Shown piece after piece: positions 1 to 11,190 of a DNA stretch of 64,000 nt. Under the pieces are notes generated by a model. The model searched no databases, was not told the origin of the DNA, and was given only the letters and a program-made list of their open reading frames with translations. The position numbers and the translations under genes were made by a program. Source of the stretch: an uncultured Desulfosarcina sp. (GTDB taxonomy: Bacteria > Desulfobacterota > Desulfobacteria > Desulfobacterales > Desulfosarcinaceae); the NCBI GenBank assembly GCA_963674945.2, contig CAXXWQ010000003.1:1952001-2016000 (forward strand), in the 5' to 3' direction. Each line of letters begins with the position of its first letter. Within the stretch, counting starts at the first letter, position 1.

Positions 1-354
1 ACCTCCCGCAACATGGTGAAACAACATGAACAAACCGTCAATCGCTTCACCCGGGCACTGTTGGCCGGTTGGCGGGCCGCCATGAAGCCGGAGAACGAAC
101 CGGTGGCGATTCGCATCCTTGCCACCTACGATCGGGATACGTCAAAAGAGGTGATCGGCCGCCAACTGGCAATCACACGCCAAATGGTACGGCCCGAAAC
201 CGGCTTTCCCATTGGCCGTATCGACAGAAAAGCATGGATGCAGACGGAACGGATCATGCTTCGTCAGAGGTTGATTTCCAGGCCGGTGAACGTCCATCAA
301 CGGTTCTGGACCGAAACCGCTCTGGTGAATACCATGCCTTCCTCCAACGATTGA
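1..354 (+). CDS. C-terminal part of an ABC-type substrate-binding protein (NMT1/SsuA-like); 5' end outside the window
   Basis: Open frame from the window edge; 'VNRFTRALLAGWRAAM..P.NE..AI.IL' and 'IGRID.KAW.QTE.IM..Q.LI..PV' fit NMT1/THI5-like C-termini. Confidence 0.55.
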   Translation, partial: TSRNMVKQHEQTVNRFTRALLAGWRAAMKPENEPVAIRILATYDRDTSKEVIGRQLAITRQMVRPETGFPIGRIDRKAWMQTERIMLRQRLISRPVNVHQRFWTETALVNTMPSSND

Positions 355-454
355 AGGACTCGAATCATCGATATGAACAGGCGGGTTAGCGGATACGTTG
401 AGCATGGGGAATGAAACCTGGAAGAATCGTACCGTTTCTCGCGAGAAAAGAAGT

Positions 455-1222
455 TTACTGTTCTGGATATTGCTCCTTGACCTTTTCGTGCAACCGGCGA
501 GACCGCATCCATAAAAAACCCGTGTCCGAATCGTAATCATAGGAGAGCAGGCGATCGGTGTTTTCGTCTATCCAGTGAAATTTTTCTATATCCTTTCGAT
601 TCTGGATTCCCTTTCCAAAACGCCGGAATGCCTCCTCCTTGAGGTTTTTGTAATCTAAGAAATTAGACGTCCATACGGTCAGCGAGTATAGGGACCCTTG
701 CCAGAAACCGTAGACGATGCTGTCCACACCGGCCCGGCCGAAGTGTTGCGTTGCTTTTTTTGGGGTAAACAGCGCAACACCACCATATGCCGGGTCCGTT
801 CCCGCGGGTGTCAGATCGTCAAGCTGTGACAATTGTACGCCCCATTTCAAGCCGAGGTATCCGATCCCACCTTCGTCGGCGACTAAATCGCCGGATTCAC
901 GTCCGGGGACGGGGAAAAGATTATCTGGAGGCGGCGCTGCATCCTTTTCTGCCGGAGACGAGGGCTGTTGGCCGTCGTCCGGTGGCGCCGAAAGGATCAT
1001 TCGCTCCACCTCCTCTTCGTCGATTCGAACGACCTGCCCGTTTTTATAGAACATGACGCTGCCGTCTTCCTTCCAGGCACGTCGTGTGTGATACATCTCC
1101 CCGGACTTGAGGATGATCATATCGGCTTCGACGACACATTGTCCCACCGACAAAAGCAGGACCACACCCCAAAGGATTATTCGACCGCTGCGCAATTTCG
1201 TTTCCATAAAACGTTTTGCCAT
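455..1222 (-). CDS. Hypothetical secreted protein
   Basis: 255-aa ORF with a signal-peptide-like N-terminus, 'ADMIILKSG' and a Pro-rich linker. Confidence 0.7.
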   Translation of the reverse strand: MAKRFMETKLRSGRIILWGVVLLLSVGQCVVEADMIILKSGEMYHTRRAWKEDGSVMFYKNGQVVRIDEEEVERMILSAPPDDGQQPSSPAEKDAAPPPDNLFPVPGRESGDLVADEGGIGYLGLKWGVQLSQLDDLTPAGTDPAYGGVALFTPKKATQHFGRAGVDSIVYGFWQGSLYSLTVWTSNFLDYKNLKEEAFRRFGKGIQNRKDIEKFHWIDENTDRLLSYDYDSDTGFLWMRSRRLHEKVKEQYPEQ

Positions 1223-1342
1223 TAGAATTACAAGGCAACTTTATCTGCCTTGGATGTGCCATGTCAATTCCCAACTTTTTCCGAGTCCATCATATTTGAC
1301 AACGCTGCAATGGTTGTGAAATAGAGCGAACAGGAGGATTTT

Positions 1343-1741
1343 GTGAAAAAGAAAAAGGAAAATCAATACGATCCCATCCCCCCACCGTGTGTGTGGACAT
1401 ATACGCTAACGGATGGATACCGGGTGTTGGCAGGGAAAACAGATACGGATAACGACCGCCTCAGCCTGAAGCTGGCCGGTCCCAACGATTGGTGGTTTCA
1501 TGTACGCGGCATGCCGGGCAGCCATGTGGTTCTTTTTGTTGGAGAAGGCGGGGTGCCGGACAAACAGACCTTGCTTCAGGCAGCTGCCATCGCCGCATAT
1601 CATAGCAAGGCAAAAGAGGGCGGGATCGTCTCTGTGTCCGGCACCCTTGCCCGGTACGTAACCAAGCCCAAAGGAGCCAAAGCCGGTAGTGTGACGATTC
1701 GCAAGGAACGAATTTTCAAGGTGCGTCCATCACTGCCCTAA
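1343..1741 (+). CDS. NFACT RNA-binding domain (DUF814) protein
   Basis: 'GKTDTDNDRLS...DWWFHVRGMPGSHVV...AAAIAAYHSKA...YVTKPKGAKAGSV'; AGGAGG RBS. Confidence 0.9.
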   Translation: MKKKKENQYDPIPPPCVWTYTLTDGYRVLAGKTDTDNDRLSLKLAGPNDWWFHVRGMPGSHVVLFVGEGGVPDKQTLLQAAAIAAYHSKAKEGGIVSVSGTLARYVTKPKGAKAGSVTIRKERIFKVRPSLP

Positions 1742-1806
1742 CCCGAGTTGAGGGGTACCCCCATTCTCGAACCGGTCCAAATGGGGATGTAATCCATGGG
1801 ACGCAA

Positions 1807-2091
1807 TCAGTCCATCCATGGCCTCGACAGTCGCCTGCGATGGTCTCCGATGAAAATCAGGTTTCCCCACTGACCGTTCTGGCTGGAGAGGCTGCGGAAG
1901 AGCACTGTCCGCCCGAAGGGGTGGACCGACTTCAAGCCATTGGTGTTGATAAAAACCTGGTCCACATCCGATGCGTGGGATTTTATCGCATTGATCAGTT
2001 CATGGGCGGAAGTACCATCGAAATCTCCCACCAGGTTAATATGGACACTGTCCTTACATCGTAGCTGGGATATTTTGAAATTTATGGCCAT
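1807..2091 (-). CDS. Small STAS-like (anti-sigma antagonist-like) protein
   Basis: 'INLVGDFDGTSAHELI...INTNGLKSVHPFG'; RBS upstream. Confidence 0.65.
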   Translation of the reverse strand: MAINFKISQLRCKDSVHINLVGDFDGTSAHELINAIKSHASDVDQVFINTNGLKSVHPFGRTVLFRSLSSQNGQWGNLIFIGDHRRRLSRPWMD

Positions 2092-2473
2092 TGGTCGCCT
2101 CCTATCCTGTGATCATTCGTCGGCACCGTTCATTCGATTTCACATACTGTCCGGTGACAGCTCAAATAGCAATTTAAAGGCCACTTTTTGTCCTTTTGAA
2201 AAAAATTATTTTTTTCTATTATATAAGATAGTTGCAAAACAACCACAGGCAAAGGGGAGTGGGAGGTTGTTTGGATTGTGAAATCAATTTCCCATCTGTC
2301 CCCCATCCATGAGAAAAATGGAAAAATAATTTTCCACCATTTGCCGAATGCCATTTAGAAAATTTAAGTTTTTTTAATAGAAAACCGATGCTATCCTTAT
2401 TCGAATATCATACCTGTGTAGGCGCTACGTACTTCACTCTTTCACCTGGACGGCGGCGATAGGGAATTATTTC

Positions 2474-4333
2474 ATGGCGAACGGGACAGACAAGCAAAAC
2501 GGTTTCGGCCAGACGGCACTGGAGATGAATTACATCGACCGGGAGCAACTGAAAAAGGCGAGAGTGGTTCAGGCGCGCATTTTCGAAAGGACGCAAGTCA
2601 AACCACCGATTAGTGATATTTTGATCGAAATGGGTGCCATAACAATCGACCAAAGGGATGAAATCCGAAAGAACCAGGACGAATCCTCGGAAATCGGAAC
2701 CACCGGAACAAAATCAGGCGCACCCTCCCCAAAGAAAGAGACGTCCGAAAATAACCACAACAATCTGGATATCGAGGTATCCAGTGATAAGTTGACGGCA
2801 ACAATCCTCATCCATAAAAATGCACAGGCCAAAGAATATGGTGTAAACGATGTCAAGCTGGAACTCCACTCACGGGGAATCGTCAGCGGTATTGCAGAGG
2901 ACAAACTCATTGCCGCATTTTTACAAAACAAATTCAGTGTAGGCAAACCGTGGACGATTGCAACAGGCACCGAGGCCGTTCCGGAAAGTCCCCCTGAAAT
3001 CGAATACCAATTCGATACGGATCCCATAAAAATCGGCACCATGACCGAAAATGGATTTATGGATTGGAAGAATCGCGGCCAATTGCCCCAGGTCAAGGAA
3101 GGTGACCTGCTTGCACAAAAAAAACCCGGTCAACCAGGAAAACCGGGGATGGATGTATATGGCAAGATCATCCCCATTCCCAAACCCGAGAAGCAAAAGT
3201 TCATCTGCGGAAAGGGCGCCCGCAGGTCGGAAGACGGGTTACAGGTGCATGCCACCTTATCCGGCATTCCCAAGCTTTCCCTCAATAACGAAATATCGGT
3301 AATGCAAACCTTATTCATCGAAGGGGATGTCTCCATCGAGACCGGACACGTGGAATTTGACGGACATATCGAAGTATCCGGGGCCATCGAGAAAGGATAC
3401 CGGGTAAAGGGAGGAAGCCTGCGCGCCAAAGAGATCAGAAATGCACAGATCGAAGTCGACGGGGACATAACCGCATTAAACGGTATTTTTGGTGCCACCA
3501 TCAAGGCCAATGGCAATATGAAAGCAGGTCACGTCCATAATGCAAATATCACACTGGCAGGCGACCTGGCCGTGGAAAAGGAGATCATCGACGCCGCTAT
3601 CGAAATCAATGGACGCTGCCTGATCAACGATGGCATCATTCTATCGTCCACCATTGCGGCGAAGATGGGCATCGTGGCGATGGATATCGGAAACCAGGCC
3701 GCCAGGGCCAGCGAGTTGGTCGTAGGCATCGACAAGCAACTGGAACGGGAAGAAAATTCCGTAAAAACGGAGATGCAGGGGGTCCAGAAAGAGCAGGAAG
3801 AACGTTTCCAAAAAATCAAAGAGCTGAAACGACAATCGGACGAAATCAATACCACCCTTGGAGAAGTGGCCCAGAAGCAGGATAAATGCATGGTCCAACA
3901 CCGAAGCCTTCAGGAAAGGCTTGAAGCCGGCCTCCTGGCACACCAGGGAGCCGCAGTGGAAAAAATCCAGGAAACCATCCGAGCATTGAAGGCAAAGCAG
4001 GACGCCTACGATCAGGAGGTAAACCGGCTCATGGATGAAGATGAAGCGATTGGTAAAAAGATCGCCGGTATTCAAAAGGAAATTTCTGAGACCAAAGTGG
4101 AGATTGAGAGCCTTACCGACCGCCTTCTCGTGATCACGGAAGCGCGGAAAACGAATCTGGGCATCGCCTTGGTCAAGGTGGGCGGGACAATCTGTTCGGG
4201 GACCAGGATCACCGGCCCCAACGCCGTACTCGTCCTCGATAAGGATCTCAAACGACTTTCCATCATGGAAACGAACAAAGCCGGACATGACGGAACGAAA
4301 AATTGGCATTTTGAATTGGGGACGTACCGATAA
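2474..4333 (+). CDS. FapA / DUF342 family protein
   Basis: 'VKEGDLLA..PG..GKPGMDVYG', 'GDVSIETGHVEFDG' beta-helix region and a C-terminal coiled coil. Confidence 0.85.
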   Translation: MANGTDKQNGFGQTALEMNYIDREQLKKARVVQARIFERTQVKPPISDILIEMGAITIDQRDEIRKNQDESSEIGTTGTKSGAPSPKKETSENNHNNLDIEVSSDKLTATILIHKNAQAKEYGVNDVKLELHSRGIVSGIAEDKLIAAFLQNKFSVGKPWTIATGTEAVPESPPEIEYQFDTDPIKIGTMTENGFMDWKNRGQLPQVKEGDLLAQKKPGQPGKPGMDVYGKIIPIPKPEKQKFICGKGARRSEDGLQVHATLSGIPKLSLNNEISVMQTLFIEGDVSIETGHVEFDGHIEVSGAIEKGYRVKGGSLRAKEIRNAQIEVDGDITALNGIFGATIKANGNMKAGHVHNANITLAGDLAVEKEIIDAAIEINGRCLINDGIILSSTIAAKMGIVAMDIGNQAARASELVVGIDKQLEREENSVKTEMQGVQKEQEERFQKIKELKRQSDEINTTLGEVAQKQDKCMVQHRSLQERLEAGLLAHQGAAVEKIQETIRALKAKQDAYDQEVNRLMDEDEAIGKKIAGIQKEISETKVEIESLTDRLLVITEARKTNLGIALVKVGGTICSGTRITGPNAVLVLDKDLKRLSIMETNKAGHDGTKNWHFELGTYR

Positions 4334-4426
4334 GGTTTAATGTCTTGACGGAGGAAGGAATTACGGATATAAATCATGAATTTGATGGTATTTTTCCTTA
4401 CCCTTTCAATGGAGGCATAATCGACA

Positions 4427-4696
4427 ATGAATAAAGGTGATCTAATCAACGAGGTGGCCAAAATCGTCGCAACGAAAAAACAAGCCCAGGAAGTGGTTGA
4501 CTGTGTTTTTTCGTCAGTCATTGATAACCTGAAGAAAAACGAAGCCGTCCAGATCGCCGGTTTTGGTACCTTTAAAACCGCCAAACGGGAAGCGCGCACC
4601 GGCCGCAATCCACAAACGGGTGAAGAAATGAAAATCGAAGCCAGGATGGTTCCGAAATTCGTTCCGGCAAAGGCGTTGAAAGAGGCGGTTAAGTAG
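4427..4696 (+). CDS. hup: HU family DNA-binding protein
   Basis: 'MNKGDLI...GFGTFK...REARTGRNPQTGE.MKI.A..VPKF.PAKALKEAVK'. Confidence 0.97.
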   Translation: MNKGDLINEVAKIVATKKQAQEVVDCVFSSVIDNLKKNEAVQIAGFGTFKTAKREARTGRNPQTGEEMKIEARMVPKFVPAKALKEAVK

Positions 4697-4722
4697 AACA
4701 CACCTGAACGTTCGTCTCGGTA

Positions 4723-4755
4723 AAAGGCAGGGCAACTGTGCTCTGCCTTTTTTTG
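4723..4755 (+). terminator. Intrinsic terminator after the HU gene
   Basis: AAAGGCAGGGCA-actg-TGCTCTGCCTTT followed by a T run. Confidence 0.8.
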
Positions 4756-4825
4756 TGGGACGTTTCGGCCAGCGGCAAAACGGCTTCGCGTTGACTTTCA
4801 CCAATGGGGTTGTTACTACGTATTT

Positions 4826-6799
4826 ATGGAATCAGGTGAAATTGTAGAATATATTGATGATCAGAAGATCATTTGCGCAGTCGTACTGGAAAGCGGTAAT
4901 CATCATCTGCGTCTATTGACAGAGCAAAACAAAGAAATCAACGTCGCTGTCCAACGATTGTCATATCGCGGGAAATCCCGTTTGGACCCATCGATGGATA
5001 GAATCCGTCTGGTCGAGTCACTCAGACGTTTGTCTTCAACGCGAAACGCCATTGCCGGTGAAGTCGAAATCAAAAATCTCTGGGAGATCCTCAATCAGGA
5101 AAAAGAGTGGATTGACCTGAAATTGATGACCGGTCTCTGTTTTCCCAACGAAATCGATGAAGATCATGAAGCCGGCGTTATCCGGGCAATTTTCAATGGA
5201 CGCCGCTACTTTCGGTTCAAGCCCGACAGATTCCTTGCACTCAGTGAAGCTGAAATTGATGAAATTATTGAAAGAGAAAAAAAAATCGCCCATCAGGCCC
5301 AGTTGATCCAAGATGGTGCAAAATGGCTCTTATCAGCGCAACCCAATTCGAAAGATGAATTGCCGGAATGCCATGAAGAGATCATGGAGGCGTTCACATC
5401 CTACTACCTGAAAGAGAAGGACAGCCCCCAATACCAAATGGTCCGCGCGATGATGAAAGAGGCGGGCCTCACGGCAAATGAGGACATCTTTCAACATCTG
5501 GTAAAAATGGGAAAATGGACACCGGATGAAAACATCGACCTTCTGCGGTTCAACATTTCCATAGAGTTTCCCCAACCGGTGCTCAACCTCGCCCAATCAC
5601 TATCTTTTACATCCATAGCGGGTGATCGTGTAGATCTCACCCACTTGGATACCATCACCATCGACGGGCAGGCCACCTTGGATTTCGACGATGCCCTGAG
5701 CATCGAAACCCGAAAAGATCATTTTCTCGTGGGGATCCACATCTCCGATGTCGCCGAATATGTCAGAAAAAATGACCGTCTGGACAAGGAGGCGCGATCC
5801 CGCGGCAGCTCAATTTACATGCCGGACAACCGAATCTCCATGACCCCCCCGATCCTTGCAGAAAATCGATTCAGCCTGAAAAAGGACCATGTACGACCGA
5901 CGATCAGTACGATGGTAAAAATCAGTCGGACCGGGGACATTATCAGCTACGATGTTTTCCCCTCTCTGATCCGTGTCAATCAACAGCTCAGTTATTTCGA
6001 GGCCAATGTTGGCGCGGAAGAGGGACAACCCATCTCCGTTTTGTTCGACATCGCATCAAGATTCAGAAAAATGCGCCTGGGACAGGGTGCCATCCAGATC
6101 ACCCTTCCCGAAATCAACATTTGGCTGGATGAGACCGGCACGCCCATCGTCAGCCGGGTCAATCGTGAGAGCCCCGGCAGGATGTTGGTTGCCGAAATGA
6201 TGATCCTTGCCAACTGGCTCTGTGCCCGATTATTGGCGGAAAACGATACCCCGGCAATTTTCAGATCGCAGCCAAAACCCAAAGCACGAATACTAAAAAA
6301 TGGTACGGGAACGCTTTTTCAAAATTGGATGCAGCGCAAACTGCTCAACCGCTTCGTTTTGCGAGCAAAACCGGCAAAACACTGTGGGCTGGGCCTCGAT
6401 GCCTATGTCACCGCGACGTCACCCATCCGAAAATACTTCGATTTGGTCACCCAGCGCCAAATCCGATCCGTGTTGGGTTTAGAAAAGGCGTATACCGAAC
6501 AGGAAATCGAAGAGATTATCGGACAACTGGCCCAACCCATGGCCGATGTGGGACGGATTCAATTTCGGAGGAACCGCTACTGGTTGCTCAAACACCTGGA
6601 GGGACGAATCGGTAAGAAAGAAGAGGCCATCGTTCTTCGGCGGCGGAACAATGCATATTCCGTATTGCTGACGGCGTATATGCTGGAGTGTGCACTTCCC
6701 CAATCCAGCGGAATCGAATTGAAACCCGAAGATTTGGTGCAAGTCACCATTCAGCACGTGAACGCGCGCAACAACACCCTATCTGTCTTCATGGGATGA
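4826..6799 (+). CDS. RNB-domain exoribonuclease (RNase II/R family)
   Basis: 'ITIDGQATLDFDDALS', 'LVAEMMILAN', 'HCGLGLDAYVTATSPIRKYFDL'. Confidence 0.93.
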   Translation: MESGEIVEYIDDQKIICAVVLESGNHHLRLLTEQNKEINVAVQRLSYRGKSRLDPSMDRIRLVESLRRLSSTRNAIAGEVEIKNLWEILNQEKEWIDLKLMTGLCFPNEIDEDHEAGVIRAIFNGRRYFRFKPDRFLALSEAEIDEIIEREKKIAHQAQLIQDGAKWLLSAQPNSKDELPECHEEIMEAFTSYYLKEKDSPQYQMVRAMMKEAGLTANEDIFQHLVKMGKWTPDENIDLLRFNISIEFPQPVLNLAQSLSFTSIAGDRVDLTHLDTITIDGQATLDFDDALSIETRKDHFLVGIHISDVAEYVRKNDRLDKEARSRGSSIYMPDNRISMTPPILAENRFSLKKDHVRPTISTMVKISRTGDIISYDVFPSLIRVNQQLSYFEANVGAEEGQPISVLFDIASRFRKMRLGQGAIQITLPEINIWLDETGTPIVSRVNRESPGRMLVAEMMILANWLCARLLAENDTPAIFRSQPKPKARILKNGTGTLFQNWMQRKLLNRFVLRAKPAKHCGLGLDAYVTATSPIRKYFDLVTQRQIRSVLGLEKAYTEQEIEEIIGQLAQPMADVGRIQFRRNRYWLLKHLEGRIGKKEEAIVLRRRNNAYSVLLTAYMLECALPQSSGIELKPEDLVQVTIQHVNARNNTLSVFMG

Positions 6800-7038
6800 A
6801 AGGTTAATGGCATCGAAATGGTTGGACTTTCTCAGCAACTGTGTATAAATAAAATGATTGACTTTCATATATTATGATCTATTTTAGTCTATTTGTTGAG
6901 AGTACTTCCTCTACTGACATTTCGGACAACACATGGAGAACCATTAGAGAGGGTGATGCAACGGCTATAGGTCCCCCAGAGAAGACGCGAAGCGCTAACC
7001 AAATAGTAAAATCAATCATATTCAGGACGAATGAAGAT

Positions 7039-7689
7039 ATGGGTATTCGAGAACGAAAAGAAAGAGAGAAGGAACGACGTCGACAACAGATCATCGTTGC
7101 AGCAAAACGGGTATTTTCGGAAAAGGGATTCAACAAGGCTACAATGGAGGACATTGCCAAAGAGGCTGAGTTGAGTCCGGGGACGCTCTACTTATATTTC
7201 AAGAACAAAGAAGAACTTTACGCATCGCTGTCCATACGAATTCTCCAGTACCTTCACATCCGCGTATCCCATGTAAACAAAGACACGACCATGGATACCG
7301 ATAAAAAATTAAAGGCTCTGGTAGAGGCAATGTACGATGTCTATGATTTTGATCCGTTGATCATCATCAACCTGTTCCACCTTCAATCCAGCGAGACCCT
7401 GAAAAACCTGTCTGACGCCATGCTGGAGGAGATCAAGCAACTCTCCAAAAAATCCATCGGGGCCATGGCCGAGATTTTTGAAGAGGGGATGAAAAACGGC
7501 ATCTACATCGAACATCATCCAATGGCCTTGGCCGACATCTTCTGGTCCATGTTTTCCGGTGTCGTGCTATGGGAAGCAAGCAAGAAGATTATCAATTCGG
7601 ATAAGGACTATATGAAGACAACGCTCGCCACGGCTTTCGAGCTCTTTGAACAGGGCATTCGAAAACATGAAGTTGCCAAGTCAAAATAG
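7039..7689 (+). CDS. TetR/AcrR family transcriptional regulator (start placed at ATG 7039)
   Basis: '[43 protein letters not shown]'. Confidence 0.93.
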   Translation: MGIRERKEREKERRRQQIIVAAKRVFSEKGFNKATMEDIAKEAELSPGTLYLYFKNKEELYASLSIRILQYLHIRVSHVNKDTTMDTDKKLKALVEAMYDVYDFDPLIIINLFHLQSSETLKNLSDAMLEEIKQLSKKSIGAMAEIFEEGMKNGIYIEHHPMALADIFWSMFSGVVLWEASKKIINSDKDYMKTTLATAFELFEQGIRKHEVAKSK

Positions 7690-7731
7690 CACCATCATCC
7701 ACGTCCTCGGACTCACCGAAATCAAAAAAAC

Positions 7732-7768
7732 AAAGCCCCTGTGTTGCGCAGGGGCTTTTCATTTTTTT
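7732..7768. terminator. Probably bidirectional intrinsic terminator between tetR and the cytochrome c3 gene
   Basis: AAAGCCCCTGTG-ttg-CGCAGGGGCTTT with A and T runs on the flanks, between convergent genes. Confidence 0.75.
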
Positions 7769-7835
7769 ACCTACAGACGACGGATTCATTCATCGTGCCT
7801 GTCCGGAGACAGGCCACATTATGGATGGGCACTGC

Positions 7836-8321
7836 CTACTGCTTGGGGTGACACTCGATACAACCCGTGGGACCGGTAACCGGGACCGGCTTATCCATCG
7901 CCACAAGGGTTTTCGCGCTTTTTTCGATCTCCATTTTCATGGCCTTGTGGCACCCGATACATTGACCGTGGTAGGCGTTTTTGTAGTATCGATGGGCATT
8001 TTCCCTGTCGACGGTGTCGGAATCGTCTTTCTTTGGCAGGGTATCAAGATCATGGCAGCCACCGGTCATGCAGCCGGTAATGGGCTCCTCGACATTCCAG
8101 GTATGATGGCATTTGTTGCAGGCGATCACGAAATGGCGATTATGCTGAAACTCCACGGCGGCCCGTTTTGCCTCCACCGATTCCGGTGGTCCCAAGGAAA
8201 TGGTTCCCATGGGAACACACATCTCTTTCTCTTCGGCAATGGCGACTCCCAACGTGGAAAAGGCAATCACACCAAGCAGCAACACCACTCCCATACACGA
8301 TAGGCTACGCATACGTTTCAT
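7836..8321 (-). CDS. Tetraheme class III cytochrome c3
   Basis: Signal peptide; 'VEFQHNRH'; heme motifs CNKCH, CMTGGCH, CIGCH, CIECH. Confidence 0.92.
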   Translation of the reverse strand: MKRMRSLSCMGVVLLLGVIAFSTLGVAIAEEKEMCVPMGTISLGPPESVEAKRAAVEFQHNRHFVIACNKCHHTWNVEEPITGCMTGGCHDLDTLPKKDDSDTVDRENAHRYYKNAYHGQCIGCHKAMKMEIEKSAKTLVAMDKPVPVTGPTGCIECHPKQ

Positions 8322-8562
8322 CCTCCTCGATTTTTTCTTGGGCCTTGGTAATTAAAAAAACGAAGCAGATATAAACCTAATTGAAAAATTTTTCAATGAA
8401 TAAATGTCCGGGACCGAAAGCGGACGCACGTAAAACGATCGGCTTTTTTTTGCCAATACGAATCGTATGATTGCAAACGAAGGAGGATGGATGCGGGACG
8501 GGGACGATCCAAGCGTTCTATTATCCCTCTTTCATCGTCCTTACGTCTCTTCACGTGGCCTT

Positions 8563-11190
8563 CTATCGGCGCACGGCACGAACGGAGCCACAGCTCTCCA
8601 CACTTTGGGACATTCTCGTGAAAACGGTTTCCGGCACGGATGTTACCACATCCACCACCTGGTGGAATCCGCGGGCAAAAGAGTCGGAGGTCCAGTACCA
8701 TTTTGCACCGGACCCCGGGAAAAAGGGCCTGTTCTTGTAGATGGTCGCCAGTTCACCGGCGGTGGGCAAGGACCAGTCCGCGTGTCCCCCGGTGTTCAGA
8801 CTTTGGACATAGGTGTTGGCAACGTCATAGGGGATACACCGTCCCAGCACCAGATAGGAATCGAGAATACACCAGGTCAATCCGGTGAGTCGATCGGTAA
8901 CCGTACCATCCCCATTATCGACGAAGCGGCTCGACAGCGGCTTGATCTGTTTGGACACTTGCTTTTGCAGGGATAAAATCCGCTGGTTTTCCCTTTCCCG
9001 ATGCTCCCGTTCGGCTTGCTGCTGCGCCAGCTCATTGCGCCGCGCGGCTTCTTCCCGTTGGGTACGGATGGCATCTTGCAGTTCCGACTCGAGCCGATCT
9101 CGCAGATTGGTGGCGGACAATGCATAGGGACCGCCGCCATGGTTCCGGATGTATTCATCCAGACGCCTGACGCGCAGGACAATATCCTTGGCGGGATCGG
9201 ATGCATAGGCCTTTGTCTCTTTCCATCGTTGATTCTGGGCCAGATCGGCATTCAATCGATCGATGCGCTGGCCAATCGCCTCCCTTTGGGTGGTATCCGG
9301 TCGCCTTGCAAGATAATCGGAATAGATACCCCTGGCACGGACTAAGTCGTCTCCGGCGAGAATCACCTTCTCCGTGAGTTCCGCCAAATCCTTTTTATCC
9401 TGCAGCTGGGCACGCAACCCCTTGATCTTGTCCATGAGATCGCCATTGGAGAGGTCCCCATTGGAAAAGGCGGCCAGAAATCGATCACAATATTCGATGC
9501 AGGGTTCCCATTTTTTGCTGAGATCACAATTTGAAATTTTCTTTTCTATTGTGCCGAGGTACTCTTTGGCAAGGTCCTGGACCATCCGTTCCACCACCTG
9601 CCGCTCCTCACCCTGGGGAAACTGCTCGAGATAGGATTGGTAGGCGGCATACCGGGACAGAAAATCGGTGGCGGCGAGTTTTTTCAGGCTCTCGAAATAG
9701 GCCGTTCCCAACAACAGGCCGATTCCCTGGATGGATTCGTCGATTTGTTTTTTGTAGGTGCTTTCGGGATATTTGGTGAGAAAAGCCGTATAGAGGGAAA
9801 GGGCCTTCTTCTCAAACTTATCATCGATGGGCAGTCTGCTTACATCGGCAAGGGTTCTTTCATAATCTTGTTTTTCGATCTCCACATTGACATCCGCCAG
9901 TCGACGTTCCAGCTCCGCTCGATGGGAATCTTCAGGATGCGCCTTGATATACCGCATCATCAATACGATCTGTTCATCCAGGGCTTCACTGGCTGCGATC
10001 CGCTCCTCCAGCGTTTCGTACCGGAGTCTTGCCTCTCTGATTTTCATCAGTTTGCCACCGACTGCGACCGCGATGGCAAGAACGATCACCGCTGCCAGCG
10101 CAATGAGCAGTTTTGTTTGCCTGCTCATCTGTTTCTGTTTTTCCATGGATTGGTCCACGGGGAGCCCCACCGGTTCGGCAATCTCCGGCTCGGGTAAAGT
10201 GACGGCGGACTGCGGTTCCATGGGCGCCTGGGCAGACGGCGCGCGTGATTCCATGGCAAGTGCGTCGACAGAAAAATCGTTTATCTCCTGCCGCAAGGTT
10301 TCGGAAGACTCCTGGTCAATGGCAGGCGGTGGGGACGAGGACGTTGCGGGAGAGACCCGTGCAGGTGGCGGTATACTGGCACCTTCCTCGTCTTTGATCT
10401 TCAGGCTCTCCATCATCACGTGCATGAGGGGCTCGTGAATTTCTCTGACCCGCTCGGGATCGGCCGCTTCGATCTGAATCGCCGCGTTGTCCCAGCTGAT
10501 GATCCGGTAGGCAGCCTCATTGCCCGTCACGTCACCGTACTGGGCCGCAATCAGTTCGCCACCCTTGATATACAAGAGACCGGATCGACGCTGACTGCTC
10601 ACCTTCAGTGTATATGTCGCCTCTTCCATCTCCGACATCTGAAGAAAAGAGGGTAGGCTGATGCCATGAATCTGTCCGCCGATTCCGGGAACCGCCTCCA
10701 TCTTTTTCTGGCTCAGAAACTTTTTCACCAGCGCATCCAGTTGGCTGTAATCTTCTTTGCTCATGTTGGATGAGCAATACCCCAACAGGATTTCGACCTT
10801 ATCCGTCTCCCGTTCCCAAGGCCAGAGGGCACCGTAGAAGGAGCCGGTTTTCATTTTTTTCAGAAAGAGAGCCTGGTCCTTGCGAATGCCGCCGATAAAC
10901 TTCACGGTGGGTTCGAAGCGCATGGAGACCCGCAGGTTTTTACCGGATGCCTTGGCTGGCGGTCCGAAGTAATCGGCCATGATCCCAGTCAGCTCCTCCA
11001 TGGAGTACCCTGGTGCGGTCACCTGATACATGCTTCTTGGCCGCTCGTAGAAACGGGAGGCCACCCCCGGCAGATCGTCCACCCCTTTTACCAGGGTCAG
11101 GAATCCGATCAAGGCGGCTTCGTTTTTCACCAGGTCCCGGATTTCTTTGCTGTCACCGGTCAACAATTCTCGGATCAGCGCTGAAACCAT
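8563..11190 (-). CDS. Membrane-anchored DUF4388 + DUF1566 (Lcl C-terminal) domain protein
   Basis: 'GISLPSFLQMSEMEEATYTL..GLLYIKGGELIAA' (DUF4388), one TM helix, helical repeats, 'FVDNGDGTVTDRLTGLTW...GGHADWSLPT..EL' (DUF1566). Confidence 0.85.
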   Translation of the reverse strand: MVSALIRELLTGDSKEIRDLVKNEAALIGFLTLVKGVDDLPGVASRFYERPRSMYQVTAPGYSMEELTGIMADYFGPPAKASGKNLRVSMRFEPTVKFIGGIRKDQALFLKKMKTGSFYGALWPWERETDKVEILLGYCSSNMSKEDYSQLDALVKKFLSQKKMEAVPGIGGQIHGISLPSFLQMSEMEEATYTLKVSSQRRSGLLYIKGGELIAAQYGDVTGNEAAYRIISWDNAAIQIEAADPERVREIHEPLMHVMMESLKIKDEEGASIPPPARVSPATSSSPPPAIDQESSETLRQEINDFSVDALAMESRAPSAQAPMEPQSAVTLPEPEIAEPVGLPVDQSMEKQKQMSRQTKLLIALAAVIVLAIAVAVGGKLMKIREARLRYETLEERIAASEALDEQIVLMMRYIKAHPEDSHRAELERRLADVNVEIEKQDYERTLADVSRLPIDDKFEKKALSLYTAFLTKYPESTYKKQIDESIQGIGLLLGTAYFESLKKLAATDFLSRYAAYQSYLEQFPQGEERQVVERMVQDLAKEYLGTIEKKISNCDLSKKWEPCIEYCDRFLAAFSNGDLSNGDLMDKIKGLRAQLQDKKDLAELTEKVILAGDDLVRARGIYSDYLARRPDTTQREAIGQRIDRLNADLAQNQRWKETKAYASDPAKDIVLRVRRLDEYIRNHGGGPYALSATNLRDRLESELQDAIRTQREEAARRNELAQQQAEREHRERENQRILSLQKQVSKQIKPLSSRFVDNGDGTVTDRLTGLTWCILDSYLVLGRCIPYDVANTYVQSLNTGGHADWSLPTAGELATIYKNRPFFPGSGAKWYWTSDSFARGFHQVVDVVTSVPETVFTRMSQSVESCGSVRAVRR

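Noticed and set aside
6874..7038. Long N-terminal extension of TetR, or a riboswitch in its leader
   Set aside because: The TetR-like sequence starts at ATG 7039; the GACGCGAAGC stretch only loosely recalls c-di-GMP-I and I could not build the required stems
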